DNA of 63,825 nucleotides, filler included, from Folioceros fuciformis (taxonomy: Eukaryota): NCBI GenBank assembly GCA_049999805.1. It is 6 parts of 6 records of this genome, joined end to end, with 100 filler letters (N's around TTAATTAATTAA, not from the genome) between each part and the next. Parts side by side here need not be neighbours in the genome. Positions count along the whole stretch, not along the records: positions 19,522 to 28,612 come from JBNGIO010005387.1; positions 28,713 to 49,581 come from JBNGIO010005388.1; 4 more parts are not named here. One strand, given 5' to 3'. The notes below the pieces were generated by a model. It was not told where the DNA came from and did no database searches. It saw nothing but the letters and a program-made list of their open reading frames with translations. Both the position numbers and the translations under genes were made by a program. Shown in pieces: positions 24,901 to 37,365 of the stretch; the stretch's first letter is position 1, and each line of letters starts with the position of its first letter.

Positions 24901-26297
24901 TTACTAGATGCAGACTCCACTACATGGGCTGATGATGGTTGGACATCTGAGACAAAATCTAGGATATACAAGTCATACAGGGGAGTACCACGAGCTATGA
25001 CATCTGAAGGTGAATTCAGCCTAGTGATAACGCACTCTAAACCTTCAAACAAAATGCTGTACATACCTGTTTTTCCTAAGGCCATAGTACTAACAAGATT
25101 TTTCTTGAGTGCAGGGACATGGAGTACATTCTCTAACTCCCATGTCTTCCCGTTCTTCAGAGTAACTATCACTGTACCTATACCTCTAATAGGTATATGA
25201 GAATTATCTCCTAGAACAACAGCATGTTGACAAGGTAACTATCTATAACTTACAAATGACTTCTTAGAAGAGCACATATGATTAGATGCACCACTGTCTA
25301 AGAACCAATGATTTTTGTCCTTTGACACTGAGGACAGACAAGCCACAAGCAAACCAGGTGTTGTAGCTCTTGCCACATTTGATTCATGCTGCTTTCCTTT
25401 TCCAGCATCATCTCTTTGCTTAGCCCTGCAATCTCTAACCCAGTGACCTGGCTTGTGGCAGTAATTGCACACACCAGGCTTCTTCCCGGGCTGCTGTGAG
25501 CTGGAGCTGGAATCAGGTCGGGACGCTTGTCCCCTGCCCCTTCCAAATCCTCCACGCCCACGCCCCCTTCCTCTGCCGCGACCTCTGCCGCGGCCAGACC
25601 AAAGTGCAGTATCACTTTGCTTATGGGATGAGCTCGACGAACCCTTGCCAGTCATATGCTTCCTGTTGGCTTCTGCTTGAAGCAGGGCTCCAACTAGCTT
25701 TTGTACAGTCAAGGATGTCGTTGCTGGGGTTGTTGCAGTTGCTGGAGTAACAGTTGCTGTTGCTTGAATACTTGTGCTCCAAGTTTCATAGCTTGGAGGA
25801 AGGGCCAACAAGAACTGTACAGCTGCTCTACTCTCATCAATGATGACTCCGCATGCTGCAAGTCGTGCTGTTGCTGCCCTGAACTTTGCAACAAAGCTTT
25901 CAACTGACTCATTTTCTTTCATGCGCAAATTTTGCCAGTGGTTGGTGGCGGCTCCCACTGAAATCAAATCCTTTGCTTCATGTGCATGCTTGGCCATCTT
26001 GATATGAGGAATCATTTCTTGTGAAACTGAACCAACAAGAATTGTCTTTGCTTTTCTATCCTTATGACTCCATTCTAACGCATCCTTCGGCGTCCACAGT
26101 ACAGGGTTCGTCCCCCCTGGTGTCATCATACCAGAGGGCTGCCCAGCCACCCTTTTTGGAATGGTGCCGTCAGTGACTTCCATCAGAAGTCTTTCTTCAA
26201 GAATTGTACGAACCCTAAATGACCAAGCATCAAAATTGTGTGGAGTAAGGCGATCCTTCTCCTGTAGGCAATCAGAGGTCTGGTCTGCTGTCGCCAT
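21915..26297 (-). pseudogene. gag-pol: gag-pol of element Y, nearly intact (stop at 25239, frameshift near 22085)
   Basis: CNYCHKPGHWVRDC; WFLDSGASNHMC; WHCRLGH; RSDNAKEY; LYVDDCIL; DADWAANSDSRKS. Confidence 0.95.
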
Positions 26298-28712
26298 TTT
26301 ACTCAGCTTCCTTATGAAGGGAAGGACCTCAGATCAGCAAGCTGCTGTCTGAGATTAGTAATATCTGATGCATGGTTCTTCACTTCCAATTCCAGACCTA
26401 CTGCTGAAACTGACTCAGATTCCCGCTGTTTCTCCTGACGATCTAAACGAGATGTTAGAAGGTCCACACGTCTGGAAGTCCCCAAGACAGCGGACTTAAC
26501 ATTCAGCAGTGAATTAAGAAGTACATCAAATTGCTTTAAATCAAAGTGCTTCGAATTATCTTGTACAGGAAAAGGAAGTTGACAACATCTACAAGTAGCA
26601 AGTAACTGGGGTAATCGGCAAGATGAATCTGATGCAAACTGCCTGCCTGGAACTGCAGATTGATGCGCTCCCACTTGACTGGAATTATAGGTTTCAAGAA
26701 ACGTCTACGGAAACCGTACTCGCTCCTCTTGCTGTGCTTGTGAAAGCACGTTCTTGAAATAAAGGTTCTCAAATTGAACTCCGAAATCTTGTATTTCTGA
26801 TGTTGGCGTCGCAAGACATCGACCCTGCCTACTTGCTGATGTCCAATGATTCCTGCAAACGCCTTTCCTCGGCATCGTGCCGGTTTCGCATTAGCGAATG
26901 CCTATTCTGCTCTTTTCTCTAATGAGAATTATCCATAATCCAAGAAACACCATTATCAAGTCCTCCCCACATTAAATCTAAGAGGAAGTAAAGAGCAGAA
27001 AGGCATGGATCAGCATGGCTCTGATACCAAGCTGAGATTATAAACAATACCAAAGAAGCAAGAGCAGAAAGGCTACTAGCAATCATTATGTGTAAGAAGA
27101 CCTACAAATATGTCAAGGGGCATAAGTAGTTATAACTGCTAGTCTATCCCTAACTACCTAAGATGTAACCCTAAGTACATACTAACAATGTATATAATAA
27201 GTAATTATTGTTTTTCCTAACAGTCTGTTCGTAAAACAGACCAAGGTAGGACAAGTGTGTCTTGTCGTTTATGTTGACGACCTGATCATCACAGGAGATG
27301 ATGCAGATGGTATTGCAGATGTCAAGGCGAATCTGCAAAAAGAGTTCAAGGTGAAGGATCTTAGTGAACTCAGATACTTCTTAGGAATTGAGGTTGTGTC
27401 TACACCTCAAGGAATCTGGCTATTCCAAAAACAATATGCTAAGGATATGTTGCAGAAGTATGGCATGGCAGATTGCAAAGCGATGGATACACCATTGGAG
27501 CAGAACGTCAAGCTGCAAATGGATGTAGGAGCTGAGCTGGAAAATGTGACTATGTATCGACAGATGGTCGGAAGTTTGATCTACTTGACTATCACACGTC
27601 CTGACTTAAGTTATGCAGTGGGACTGATAAATCAATTCATGCAGAACCCAAGGAAACCGCACTTGGATGCAGTTAGAAGAATCATGAGATATGTGAAAGG
27701 AACTACTGAGTTTGGATTGCTCTATGAGCATAGGAAGCATCTTGAACTGACAGGATATACAGATGCTGATTGGGCTGGTTGTGTGTATGACAGAAGATCA
27801 ACCAGTGGATATGCATTCAGTCTGGGAAGTAGTATGATCAGCTGGCAAAGCAAGAAACCACCGACAGTTGCTTTGTCAAGCACAAAAGCAGAGTATCGAG
27901 GAGCTGCAATGGCAGGCTGTGAAGCAGCTTGGTTGCAGAAGTTGCTACATGATCTTGGAAATATAGTGAACAACAAGGTTACAATCTACTGTGACAACAT
28001 GAGTAGCATGAGGTTGGCTACTAATCCTGTGTTTCATGCTCGTTCGAAGCACATAGAAGTACATTATCATTTCATCAGGGAAGCGGTATTATCTGAGAAG
28101 ATAAATCTTCGGCACGTGAAGACCGAAGACCAGGTAGCAGATATCTTTACTAAGTCGCTAGGTAGAGATAAGTTCTTACACTTTCGTGAACTACTTGGAG
28201 TGTTACAAATAGTCTGAGCTTGAGGGGGAGTGTTAGAAATCAAGCTCTAACTGAATTGTTATTAAGAGCATACAACACTTAGGATAGTGTAGATTATCCC
28301 ATATTGAACTCGTAGTTATCTATCACCTAAGTGTTATCAGGATATATCAGGATATACTAGGATATTGCACCCTCGAGACTAAGGCTTACCTTATCGAGGG
28401 TTGCCTCGCCTGAAGGCTATATATGTAGCATCCTGTGCACCATAAGTAAGGAACTGTGGAGTCCTTCCAGGCTTGTGGTGCTATTTCAACAAGTAGACCA
28501 CCCTGCCCCCCTAGAGTCCGAGGTCATTATGGTTGCTGGCATCCCCCCAGAGGCAGCCACACCCCACCCCTCCCCCTCTTGAGCTCTGCTCCCATAGTTT
28601 GAGGCCGCGCCCNNNNNNNNNNNNNNNNNNNNNNNNNNNNNNNNNNNNNNNNNNNNTTAATTAATTAANNNNNNNNNNNNNNNNNNNNNNNNNNNNNNNN
28701 NNNNNNNNNNNN

Positions 28713-29113
28713 TGCCGGGTAGGAGGAGTCAGTAGGGAAGTGTAGAAGGTAGTGGTGTCGTTGCTGGTAGTTGCTGGTGTTGGTGTTGGAGTGAGAGAGT
28801 GAGTGAAGTGTGTGAGGGAAGTCGCAGATCTGAGAGGTTAGAGTCATTGTAGTGACTGGAGTGAGTTTGTGGGCACCGAGAGAGGTGCAGCTGACCGCTG
28901 GACAGCGAGGCCTATCCTACGCCTGATTGGAGCTGGAGGGGAGCCCTCGAATCCATCATCGAGTCGATCAAGTCCGACCCTCCATCCAAAGTAGCAAGGA
29001 ACCCCATCGCTCCTTCGTGGGAACGAAACCCAATGTCTCAACGACAGTGGGATAAGTGTGGCCACTAAAGGTGGAACCCGTTGGCAATCAGTGCCCGGGG
29101 TTTTGCCTGCATA
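28713..29113 (-). mobile_element. 5' part of LTR family B (terminus mutated to TATGCAGG), inserted in element C
   Basis: Near-identical to 49341-49581 and 95-308. Confidence 0.85.
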
Positions 29114-31369
29114 AGCGGGATCGGGATGGCGAAGGAGGAGCGGGGGCCTAGGGGCTAGATCAGCCCGTGGCGAGGGGAGATGGCAGCGGGATTGGGGAAA
29201 ATGGGCAGGAGAGCAAGGCAAATCTAGCAACGGGGCTGTAGATTGGGGAGGAAATCGAGACAGGGCAGGAGGGGAATGGGGCAAGAAATCAGCGGGAAGG
29301 AGAAGGCAGGCTTGGCCCTGCATCGGGCGAATCCTGCAGCTCGTCTCAGCCTCCTCTTCTGCACACATTCGATCCCATCACCTGTCGATCCCTCCTCCTG
29401 CCTGCAATCTGGATCCAAAGAAGAAGAGGTGCAAAAGATGGGAAGGGAGATGAGAGGGAAGGGGAAGAAGAAGAAGAGGGGGGGCAAGAAGGGAATGGAG
29501 GAGTGGGGAGTGAAACTTGCACCCAAGAACCACCAAGGGGCCACACTTCCCCTTATTATCGTTGCAGTCTTATGATTCGCTCCCAAGGGAGTGAACTAAT
29601 TTCAAGGTTACCTACATCTCCCTAATCTCACCCTATCTATCAGCATATACCAAGTGCTACAGCAATAGGTCAGAAGTCTCGGTCCTGTCTTCGGCTCCTA
29701 CCACAACACCAACCCCAGCCTCAACAAAATGAAAACTCCAGCATTGTCTTCAGCCTTCATTTCCAGCTCCAAGTATCAATCACTTCAGTGCTAAGAGGAG
29801 GCTCCAGCCCCAAGTCTGGCCTCCAACTCTCAGCACCTAGTGCTAGCTACCTCCGCAGCTGAACGAGAACCTCAACTTCAGCTAGCTCCTCACTCCAGCT
29901 CCAACACTTCATTCCACCACTTCAGCACTTCACTTGAGCACTTCAGCACTTCACTTGAGCACTTCAGTTCTTCACTTCAGCACTTCAGTCCTTCACTTCA
30001 GCACTTCACTTCACCCTCCAGCCCCTCACTTCAGCTCAACTCCTCACTTCAACACTTCCACTTCCAAAATCTACAACTCAACCCTTCTCTCCTGCAATTT
30101 GGAACACAATAGCCTTCCCTCTTGCAGCCTTCAAGGCAAAGGCGAGGCCTAGGGCTGGGTAGCCTCCTTTGCTCACGGCCCTGCAACCTCACCTCAGCCA
30201 GCATGCAAGATGGTCAGCCATTGCGGATTCGGCCACACGAATCTTGGCAGTCTTGGGATCCCCCACGTTCCCCTAGTGGCAAGGGAAATCAAGACCTTGG
30301 TTTAGTCTCAACCAGCTCAGCGCCCTAAGCCAGGAGTTCTGCACCCAAGGTCCAGGGAAATCGCACCGTAGACAGCCCCCTCCTCAATGGCAGGTCTAGC
30401 CTTTTATACTACCTTGGCCCAAACCTCCATCTCCATCTATTAGGGTTAGCCTCAGTCAACTACCCAGCAATCTCTCTCTGACCTAAGCCGGCCCTAATTC
30501 TGACCTAAACCTAACTCTGACCTAACCCTAACTTTGACCCAAACCTAGTTCTGACCTGAAAGGGGTTGTGTCCCATGGACACCACTGGGTGCCCTTACCA
30601 AAATTGACCAACCTCTCAAGACTACCAAACTGGTCAGTGCCTCTCAACCCTCTCCCTTCTCTCTCAAATCATTCCATCCCTTCTCTTAGATCATTCCAGC
30701 AACCCTTCAAAGACACATCTCACCTCACCATTAATCTAGCTACTAATCTTTCCTAATCTTTTAACTTTTTCACCACAGGGTTCACTTAACGATTCCCAAA
30801 AAGAGAAATCCTACCATTTTCTAAGGACCTATTCAGGATGTGGAGTCCACAAGGAGGAAGGGAGAAAGGGGGAAAAGGGATGGGGACGGCCGTAACCCCT
30901 GCCTCTAGCTCTAGCTAGGGCATGGCCTCCATGGCCGTTCATGCCAGCCAAGCAATCAGCTAGCCTATCTTCAGACCCTGACCCCTGACACTGACATACC
31001 CAGATACCCGTTCCTATGTTCAAACCATTATTTTATTATTTTATTATTATTATATTTAATTATTTAATATTATATATCTTTAATTAATATTAAACTAATC
31101 ACCAGACCTAGACTCAAACTTTCCCAACCCTATGGCCTGGTACCAAACCTAAACCTTCCCAGGTCTGGGACCAAACCTATACCCACTCTTATAACCAAAC
31201 CAACTATTTCCTAGTCAATTAACCTAATTAGCACAAAGAAAAATAGGAAAAATGACCAGAAAATCAAGGAAAATTAGGAAAAATAAGTAGAAAAAGAAAA
31301 CCAAACCATACCACTATTAACCCTTTTTCAACCAAAACAAACTACTACCCCAAACTTTGGAGGTTCACA
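29114..31369 (-). mobile_element. LTR-like element 'C' (starts TGTGAACCTCCAAAGTTTGGGG), inserted into a copia RT and hosting A and B insertions
   Basis: Copia RT resumes exactly at 31370; start resembles TGTGAGCTCTCAATCTTTGGGG at 6557. Confidence 0.6.
29504..30851 (+). mobile_element. Solo LTR, family A (1348 bp), TSD AGGAG
   Basis: TG...TCCACA termini; AGGAG at 29499-29503 and 30852-30856. Confidence 0.88.
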
Positions 31370-33428
31370 GTTTAGTACATAACAATGTACTTATACCTGC
31401 TCAGCATTAACTTTGTCAAGAATGCAACCGACAATAATGTGTACAAGCTCACACAAGGAGCATCCATCGTCATCTTGGCGCTTTACGTGGATGATGTAAT
31501 ATTTGCCACAAACGACCAAGGTCTATTAGCATCTATAAAAGACAAACTCAGCAGTAGATTCGACATGAAAGACATAGGGGAGCTTAAATTCTACTTAGGA
31601 ATCCAACTCCTCCGTGTAAGGGCAAAAGGCCTATTATTCATTCACCAGTACAAGTATATCGACGAAATTCTTATGAAGTTTAACCTAGATGAAGCTAGGC
31701 TAGCTACTACACCCTACGCTAAAGGGACAAAGCTGACTAAATACCTGTGGCCTCAGTCGCAAGCAGAAAAACTGGACATGCAAGATATACTTTATAGGCA
31801 TGCTATTGGGTCTTTGATATTTGTCGCCAATTGGACACGACCTGACATACTGTACGCTGTGAGTACAGTTTTGCAGTTTTTAGAGAACCTTGCCAGGGTG
31901 CACTGGGTTGCTTTTAAGAGAATATTCCACTATTCAAAGGTACACACAAATACGGGCTTATGTACAAGAGCACAAGGCAGAAGCAACTTATCTTGAGGGG
32001 CTTTACAAACGCCGATTGGGCTTCAAACTCCGATGCGCGAAGGAGCCTCTCCACATATTGCTACTTGCTTGGCACAACAGCCGTTACTTGGAGCGGCAAA
32101 AAGCAGGCATTTGGTGCCCTTAGCTCATCCGAGGCTGAATACAAGTCCCTAACTGAGGCAGCAAAAGAGACTGAATGGGAACGCAGTTTCCTCAAGGACT
32201 TGGGCCAGCCGTAAGAGAAGCCCACTCTTGTACTCTGCGATAACACTACAGCCCTAGAATTAGCTGAAAGTTCCAAGTTTCATGCCCGCACTAACCATAT
32301 TAAAGTGCAGCATCATTACATCCGAGATGTGGTCCACAGAGGTGTTCTCAAATTGGAATATGTACAGACAGACGAAAACATGGCTGACATCCTTACGAAA
32401 GGATTGCCTAAATACAAACACTACTACCACATGGAAGGCATGGATTAAGGGACTATTCTGCCTATTTTGAGTGATAGTTGCTAATCTGGGTGGTGGGGGG
32501 GTGGAAGCCTATGCTTCCTAACATGAAAGTTTAATCTGCACCTCCCAGATGACTTGTGCTGCATGAGCAACGACCCGATTAGCCTTCTGCAGCCAATGCA
32601 TAATTGAATGACACAGGATCAAATGGATGAAGCGTAAGGGACATCCTAATCATCTGTATGCCTATCTCGACAACCCTACTCCTACCCATACTTCTCTTTC
32701 AGTTGCCCAGGAGCTCTGTAGCTTTCTACAGTTGATTGAAGAGCCCTTGCTTCCCTTCCTCTCCCATAGAGTGTGACGGCAGGGTGACTGTCTCCCTCTC
32801 ACAAACTCTGCTCCAAGCTAAGGTAACATTGAGTGCTACATGGTAACCACTTGCGCAAATATACTGGTCGGCGTCGTACCGCCCCTCCCATTCCAGCTCC
32901 AGCTCCTTCCAGCTCCTATCGCCATCCATCTGGGATGCTGGCTGGGTGACGGTGCTGAGTTGGGAGTCCTCTGAACGAGTGTGCTTGCGACGACCTATGC
33001 GCCTGTGAGAGCTATAATCTGTCCCATTCCTCTTGCTCATGATCAGTCGAAGCAGGAAACACCCTAGACGCGTGAGTATGGAGAGCAGAAGTTGCAGCTG
33101 GGCGGTGATCACAGCAAGGTGGACCACCATGGATCTTAAGCTAACAGCTTTAATGCGGAGCGGGAGATGGATTGCTGGCTCAACCACTGCATTATGTTGG
33201 AGCGTGCGTAAACGAGAGACTATTCCTCGTGAAGGCCAGCCCGCCTGGTTCTTGTGGGGCATATGTTTATCATAATTTGCATTTAATTAACCGTGGTTAG
33301 TTTAGGAGGGAGTGTTAGAGTAAGTAGGGGTAAACCTAACGCAGGTTAATTAAGTTAGGGCTATTTAGTCAAGAGTCACGTACATCAGTATTTAAACATT
33401 TTTGTATTACGATTACGATCATTCCAAC
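31370..33428 (+). mobile_element. 3' part of copia 'W': RT/RNase H (31370-~32448), ~850-bp 3' region with antisense ORF 32726-33262, PPT 33304-33312, short LTR from 33313
   Basis: LYVDDVIF; ADWASNSDARRS; ENMADILTKGL; AGGAGGGAG|TGTTAG. LTR 3' end approximate. Confidence 0.85.
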
Positions 33429-33430
33429 TA

Positions 33431-34000
33431 TCAGAGTTTCTCTACGCTCTCGCCTTCGCTCATTTTACACAAGGTGCATATAGAGTCTTCAGGTGTGAGA
33501 GGGTCGTTAGCTTCATTCCCGTGAGAGATCAAGCGTCTTCTCTTCTTCAAGTCACCTATTGGGAGTGCGAGCTTTCTAGGGATGAAGTCGGCAGAAACCA
33601 TAACCTTGTTGCTCTCCATCTCGTCAGCGCTCGTCATCACCTTCAGTCTTCCCTCCATGTCGTCTGGGTAGGAGAGCTTCTTCTTGGTCGCCCTCAACTT
33701 CTGCTTCAGAAGTCTGATTTCATGAGCTAGTTTGGCCTTTTCCTCCTCCAGACCTATTGTGACTTCCCTCCAGTGCTGTGTCATTTGATAGAACTCCTCT
33801 CCTTCCACGGCACGCCATTTTTGTTTTGTGTCAGGATGGACATGACAGCAAGGAGGAAAGGAAGCTCTGCAATTGCACAGGTCGATGACGGTTGAAGCCC
33901 TCGTCATATAGCTTGATGCTGTGTCGCCTCCTTCCTTGGCACTAAGAAGATCATCAGTATCAGATAAAGTGATCAGGGCAGCGGCTGTTCTCCCAGCCAT
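33431..34000 (-). CDS. Antisense accessory ORF of copia 'V' (Cys/His motif, coiled coil, NDPLTPE block), C-terminus probably cut by element W
   Basis: Open ~190 codons from ATG 34000; lies just upstream of a PPT/LTR on the opposite strand; homologous to 20817-21839. Confidence 0.7.
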   Translation of the reverse strand: MAGRTAAALITLSDTDDLLSAKEGGDTASSYMTRASTVIDLCNCRASFPPCCHVHPDTKQKWRAVEGEEFYQMTQHWREVTIGLEEEKAKLAHEIRLLKQKLRATKKKLSYPDDMEGRLKVMTSADEMESNKVMVSADFIPRKLALPIGDLKKRRRLISHGNEANDPLTPEDSICTLCKMSEGESVEKL

Positions 34001-34193
34001 GTTAGTTGCGACGATGCTGAGGCTATAGACATGAGAGCTAGTGAAATGGACGCATGAAGTTTTCAACTATGAAGATGTAAGCAGCTCAGTTGAAGACTTC
34101 TGCTGCGGGAGTACTTTCAATTCGTCGGTTTTATGGGCGAACATGTGGTAGTTGATAATATTTAATGTCATTTGTGCTAGTAGGTATACCCAA

Positions 34194-34392
34194 TGAGTGG
34201 AAGTGTTAAGAATACCATTAGTTAGGTATTCGGTTAATTGGGTTACCTATTCATACTTTAGTTTATTATTTTAGGTTTAATAAGCAGTTATAACTACCAC
34301 CCAAGACTCATGCTATATGTAATCGCGTTTAGGTATTGTGTTGTAACGTTTTCATGTTTTTGCTGCTGCCCTCTACAAATTTGAGCCTAGCA
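34194..34392 (+). repeat. PPT (34194-34203) and probable short 3' LTR (34204-34392, TGTTAAG...CTAGCA) of copia 'V'
   Basis: TGAGTGGAAG resembles the Y PPT TGAGTGGGAG; AT-rich ~190-bp TG..CA block of similar size to the Y and Z LTRs. Confidence 0.65.
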
Positions 34393-36129
34393 ATCACATC
34401 CGTCACACCTATTGACTCCCCCACTTGGCAAGAGTCATTAGATTAACCCCAAAGAAGAGCATGCTGCCACCCATGATCTATCAGACACCATGCAAGCATG
34501 GTCGGCACTCACTCCAGTACTGCGAGGAAACAAGAATGACAAATCATGGGGCACGACATGGAGAGCACGATCAAGAATTAAAGGGACCCAGCCCTTAACC
34601 CTAGCCACTACTTCTCAAAGCTTTATCGGTCGTTGCACAACATGCATAGCCGGCACACACTGCTGCATCCAAGCAAGGACAGCCCGAGATAGATGGTTAA
34701 GTGACAAGCGGGTTCTAAAGGCTCACAACCTCTTCTAGAAGACTTCTAGCTCTAGTCCCCTTCCTCTCTCTACAGGTTGACCACTAGGACACGATAACCA
34801 AAACAATAGTTTATAGCACACTATTATTCTAGACTAGTTCATCAACTAGTCATCAACTTGACAAGCTGCCAGCCCCCTTGCTAGCCCTACCAACAGCTCT
34901 TGTTGATCCTTGGCTGTCGAATACTCTTCTAAGATTTGGTGGGCGCCGCCTTCTTATTATTGATTGGCTGTCTGCAAATGCTTCTCCTGCCACTGTTTCC
35001 ATGGCGGTTGAGGTCGCCTCAGGGCCAATCACCTTCACTCCTGTAGCATCTCCCCTAACGGTTCTTGAGTAGCGGGGCCTGCCCTTACATGCCAAACAAT
35101 CAAGCATCCTTCCAGCCTAAATTCCATTGCCAGGAGTCACGAAGGCCGATTGTCCTGCACCACTGATCATATGTTGGGTGCACTCCTCCTGTTTGTGCCA
35201 ATTTGGCAGCGGACTACAAGATCCCATCCTGCACATAATTGCTTGCACATACGTGTTGAGGATTTGTTGCCTCCCCTCTCCAAATGATCAGCCACAAAGA
35301 TGTGATTTAGGATTGATCGGATCATCATGGCTTTCCGACCACTCAGTGTAATTTAGTGATCTTCTACAAAGATTCGAGGAAGCCGCACGTTTGAGAGACC
35401 TAAGCCAATCATGGCGTCCTAAAGAAGAAGCCCTTTGTGTGGAATTGGGCTAGGAATTATGTTGAGCTTGAGAGAGAGAAGCAGACCTACTCCACCTAAC
35501 TTATTTGCTATGTAGTTGTGAGCTCAATCTCACTCTTGAGTGTTCTAATGTGGTTTAGGGTTTAGGGTTTAGGGTAATAATTATTCATCTTATTTATAAT
35601 TCATCTTAAATACCAGTTTTTCAAATCCCTTCAAATCCCATTAATAAAAGGATAGGAAAGATGACAAGGAAAATAAATAAAAATAGTGTGTTTATTAAAT
35701 AATTTTCTTCCCTTTTCTATCAATACTATATGAGAATAATAGAGCAGTAATTTATTTAATGAAATTAACCTTTAATTTCATGGTGCAAAAAAACTTTGCT
35801 ATATTCCCATAATAGTAAAGACGAGTTACATACCATGACAACGATCTAGGATATGCTTTAGATGATTTGACATAGGGTCCATGGTAAGATCCTTGTAGCT
35901 CGGATACCAAGTTAGAAAATTACATCCGGAAGCATATTTTGTATACATGTTAGTAATAACAAAAGCCACTTAAGATAATACAAAAGGTTGACTTTTATAG
36001 ACAATGACCCAAGAGGTGGGACCTTTCACTAGCCTTGTTAACTAACTGAAATGATCTCCTAACCCTAGCTACCTAACTTGGCTAGTACAGAACCAACATG
36101 GTTTGTTAATACATTCTAATTAATTAGAA

Positions 36130-36600
36130 TTTGAGAGGGAAATGAGTATAAGATGGCATTTCGTACTTGACATGGGCACTTTGAGTTCGCAATGATGCCC
36201 TTTGACCTCGCGTACGCACCACCCACCTTCCAATGTATGATGTGGGAGATTATTTGACCCCTCTTGGGTCACAAGATGAAGGTTTTCTTTGATGATAAAT
36301 TGATTTAATTTGCAAAGACAAAATGGCATTTTAAGCTCATGAGAAGAAGTTCAAGGCATTGCACCAACAAAAATTATTGGCAAAATAGAGTAAGTGTGTA
36401 TTTATGAAAGAAAAGTGTGAGTACTTAGAACACTTATCAACCTTGCAGGGATCAAGGTGGACATTTGGAAAATCAAAGCCATCAAGGAGTGGGAACTATT
36501 GCAAGATGTAACTCAGGTGAGTGGCTTCCTCAACATGATAGGCTTTTACAAATCCTTTATAAAGGACTTTAGCCGTATCACTATTCCTCTCACCAACACC
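36130..36600 (+). pseudogene. Ty3/gypsy reverse transcriptase remnant
   Basis: AFRT*HGHFEFAMMPFDLAYAPPTFQ...VFFDD...KCVF...EYL. Confidence 0.85.
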
Positions 36601-37204
36601 CTAAGCCAACTTGCGAGCAAGTAGCTTTAGTTCGAACCTAAAGCAAATCAACGAGCTTAAGGTCGACCCTAAAGCAAATCAAGCGTTCCTAAGCCCGAAG
36701 CAAGGAGTCAACACAGCCTCAGCATTGGCAGTGACAAACCCTAATCAACAATCATCAAAATTGGGCATTTGTGTGATTGAAGGCATGGGTCAGCTTTTCC
36801 CCTCATTACTTGCATTAACAAACACCTCCAAAGTATATAGGTCACCATATTTTTTTTATCTTTTTCTAATCTCAAGCCTTAAGAATTTAGGAGCTATTGG
36901 AAATCCTCTTCAATTATCTTTTCCTTAGAAAGCGGCTTTGTGTATAGTAACCTCTTTTTAAAATTATGGTGTTTTGGATGAAATGATGAGGTTCGCTAGA
37001 TGAATGGACGAGATACTTAATTTGAATTGACCACGTCCTCGACCAAATCCTCTATTGAAATTGACCATGTCCTCGATCAAGGCCTCTATTTGAATTGACC
37101 AGGTCCCCAACAAAGTCCAAAGTCCTCTCTTTGAATTTAGCTGTCTTCTCTTGAAGTGGTGAACCAGTTGAAATAAACTGTTAAGGTCCGTTGCATGAAT
37201 TAAC

Positions 37205-37365
37205 AAGGTTGCGGAGTGAAGGATTGAGATCCACCGCGTAACAAGGTTGTCGACTGAAGGATTGAGATCCAAGGTTGTCGACTGAAGGNNNNNNNNNNAT
37301 TGAGATCCAAGGTTGTCGACTGAAGGATTGAGATCCAAGGTTGTCTACTGAAGGATTGAGATCCA
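37205..37365. repeat. 28-bp tandem repeat AAGGTTGTCGACTGAAGGATTGAGATCC (5 or more copies, contains a gap)
   Basis: Direct reading. Confidence 0.9.

Larger units (their letters stand above)
20401..27222 (-). mobile_element. Full-length Ty1/copia element 'Y': LTRs 27030-27222 and 20401-20592, PBS 27018-27029, PPT 20593-20602, TSD GT(A/C)TG
   Basis: Paired 192/193-bp LTRs differing by ~4 substitutions and 1 indel; tRNA-iMet PBS; TSD at 20396-20400 and 27223-27227. Confidence 0.97.
19522..28491 (+). mobile_element. Ty1/copia element 'X': RT split at 20400/27223 by element Y; RNase H ends 28217; PPT 28221-28230; 3' LTR 28231-28491
   Basis: RT reads DHS|LFVKQ...YVDDLIITG across the insertion; PPT TGAGGGGGAG then TGTTAG...TCAACA. 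Confidence 0.93.

Noticed and set aside
33421-33436. CCAACTATCAGAG as a degenerate PBS implying a tandem three-LTR element
   Set aside because: Lacks TGG, and what follows is another element's 3' region rather than gag
34393-35516. Possible decayed gypsy gag on the minus strand
   Set aside because: No motif clear enough to support a call
35554-35574. TTTAGGG x3 as a telomere or fusion scar
   Set aside because: Only three units, close to an LTR-like TGTGAGC start; such short tracts are common in plant TEs
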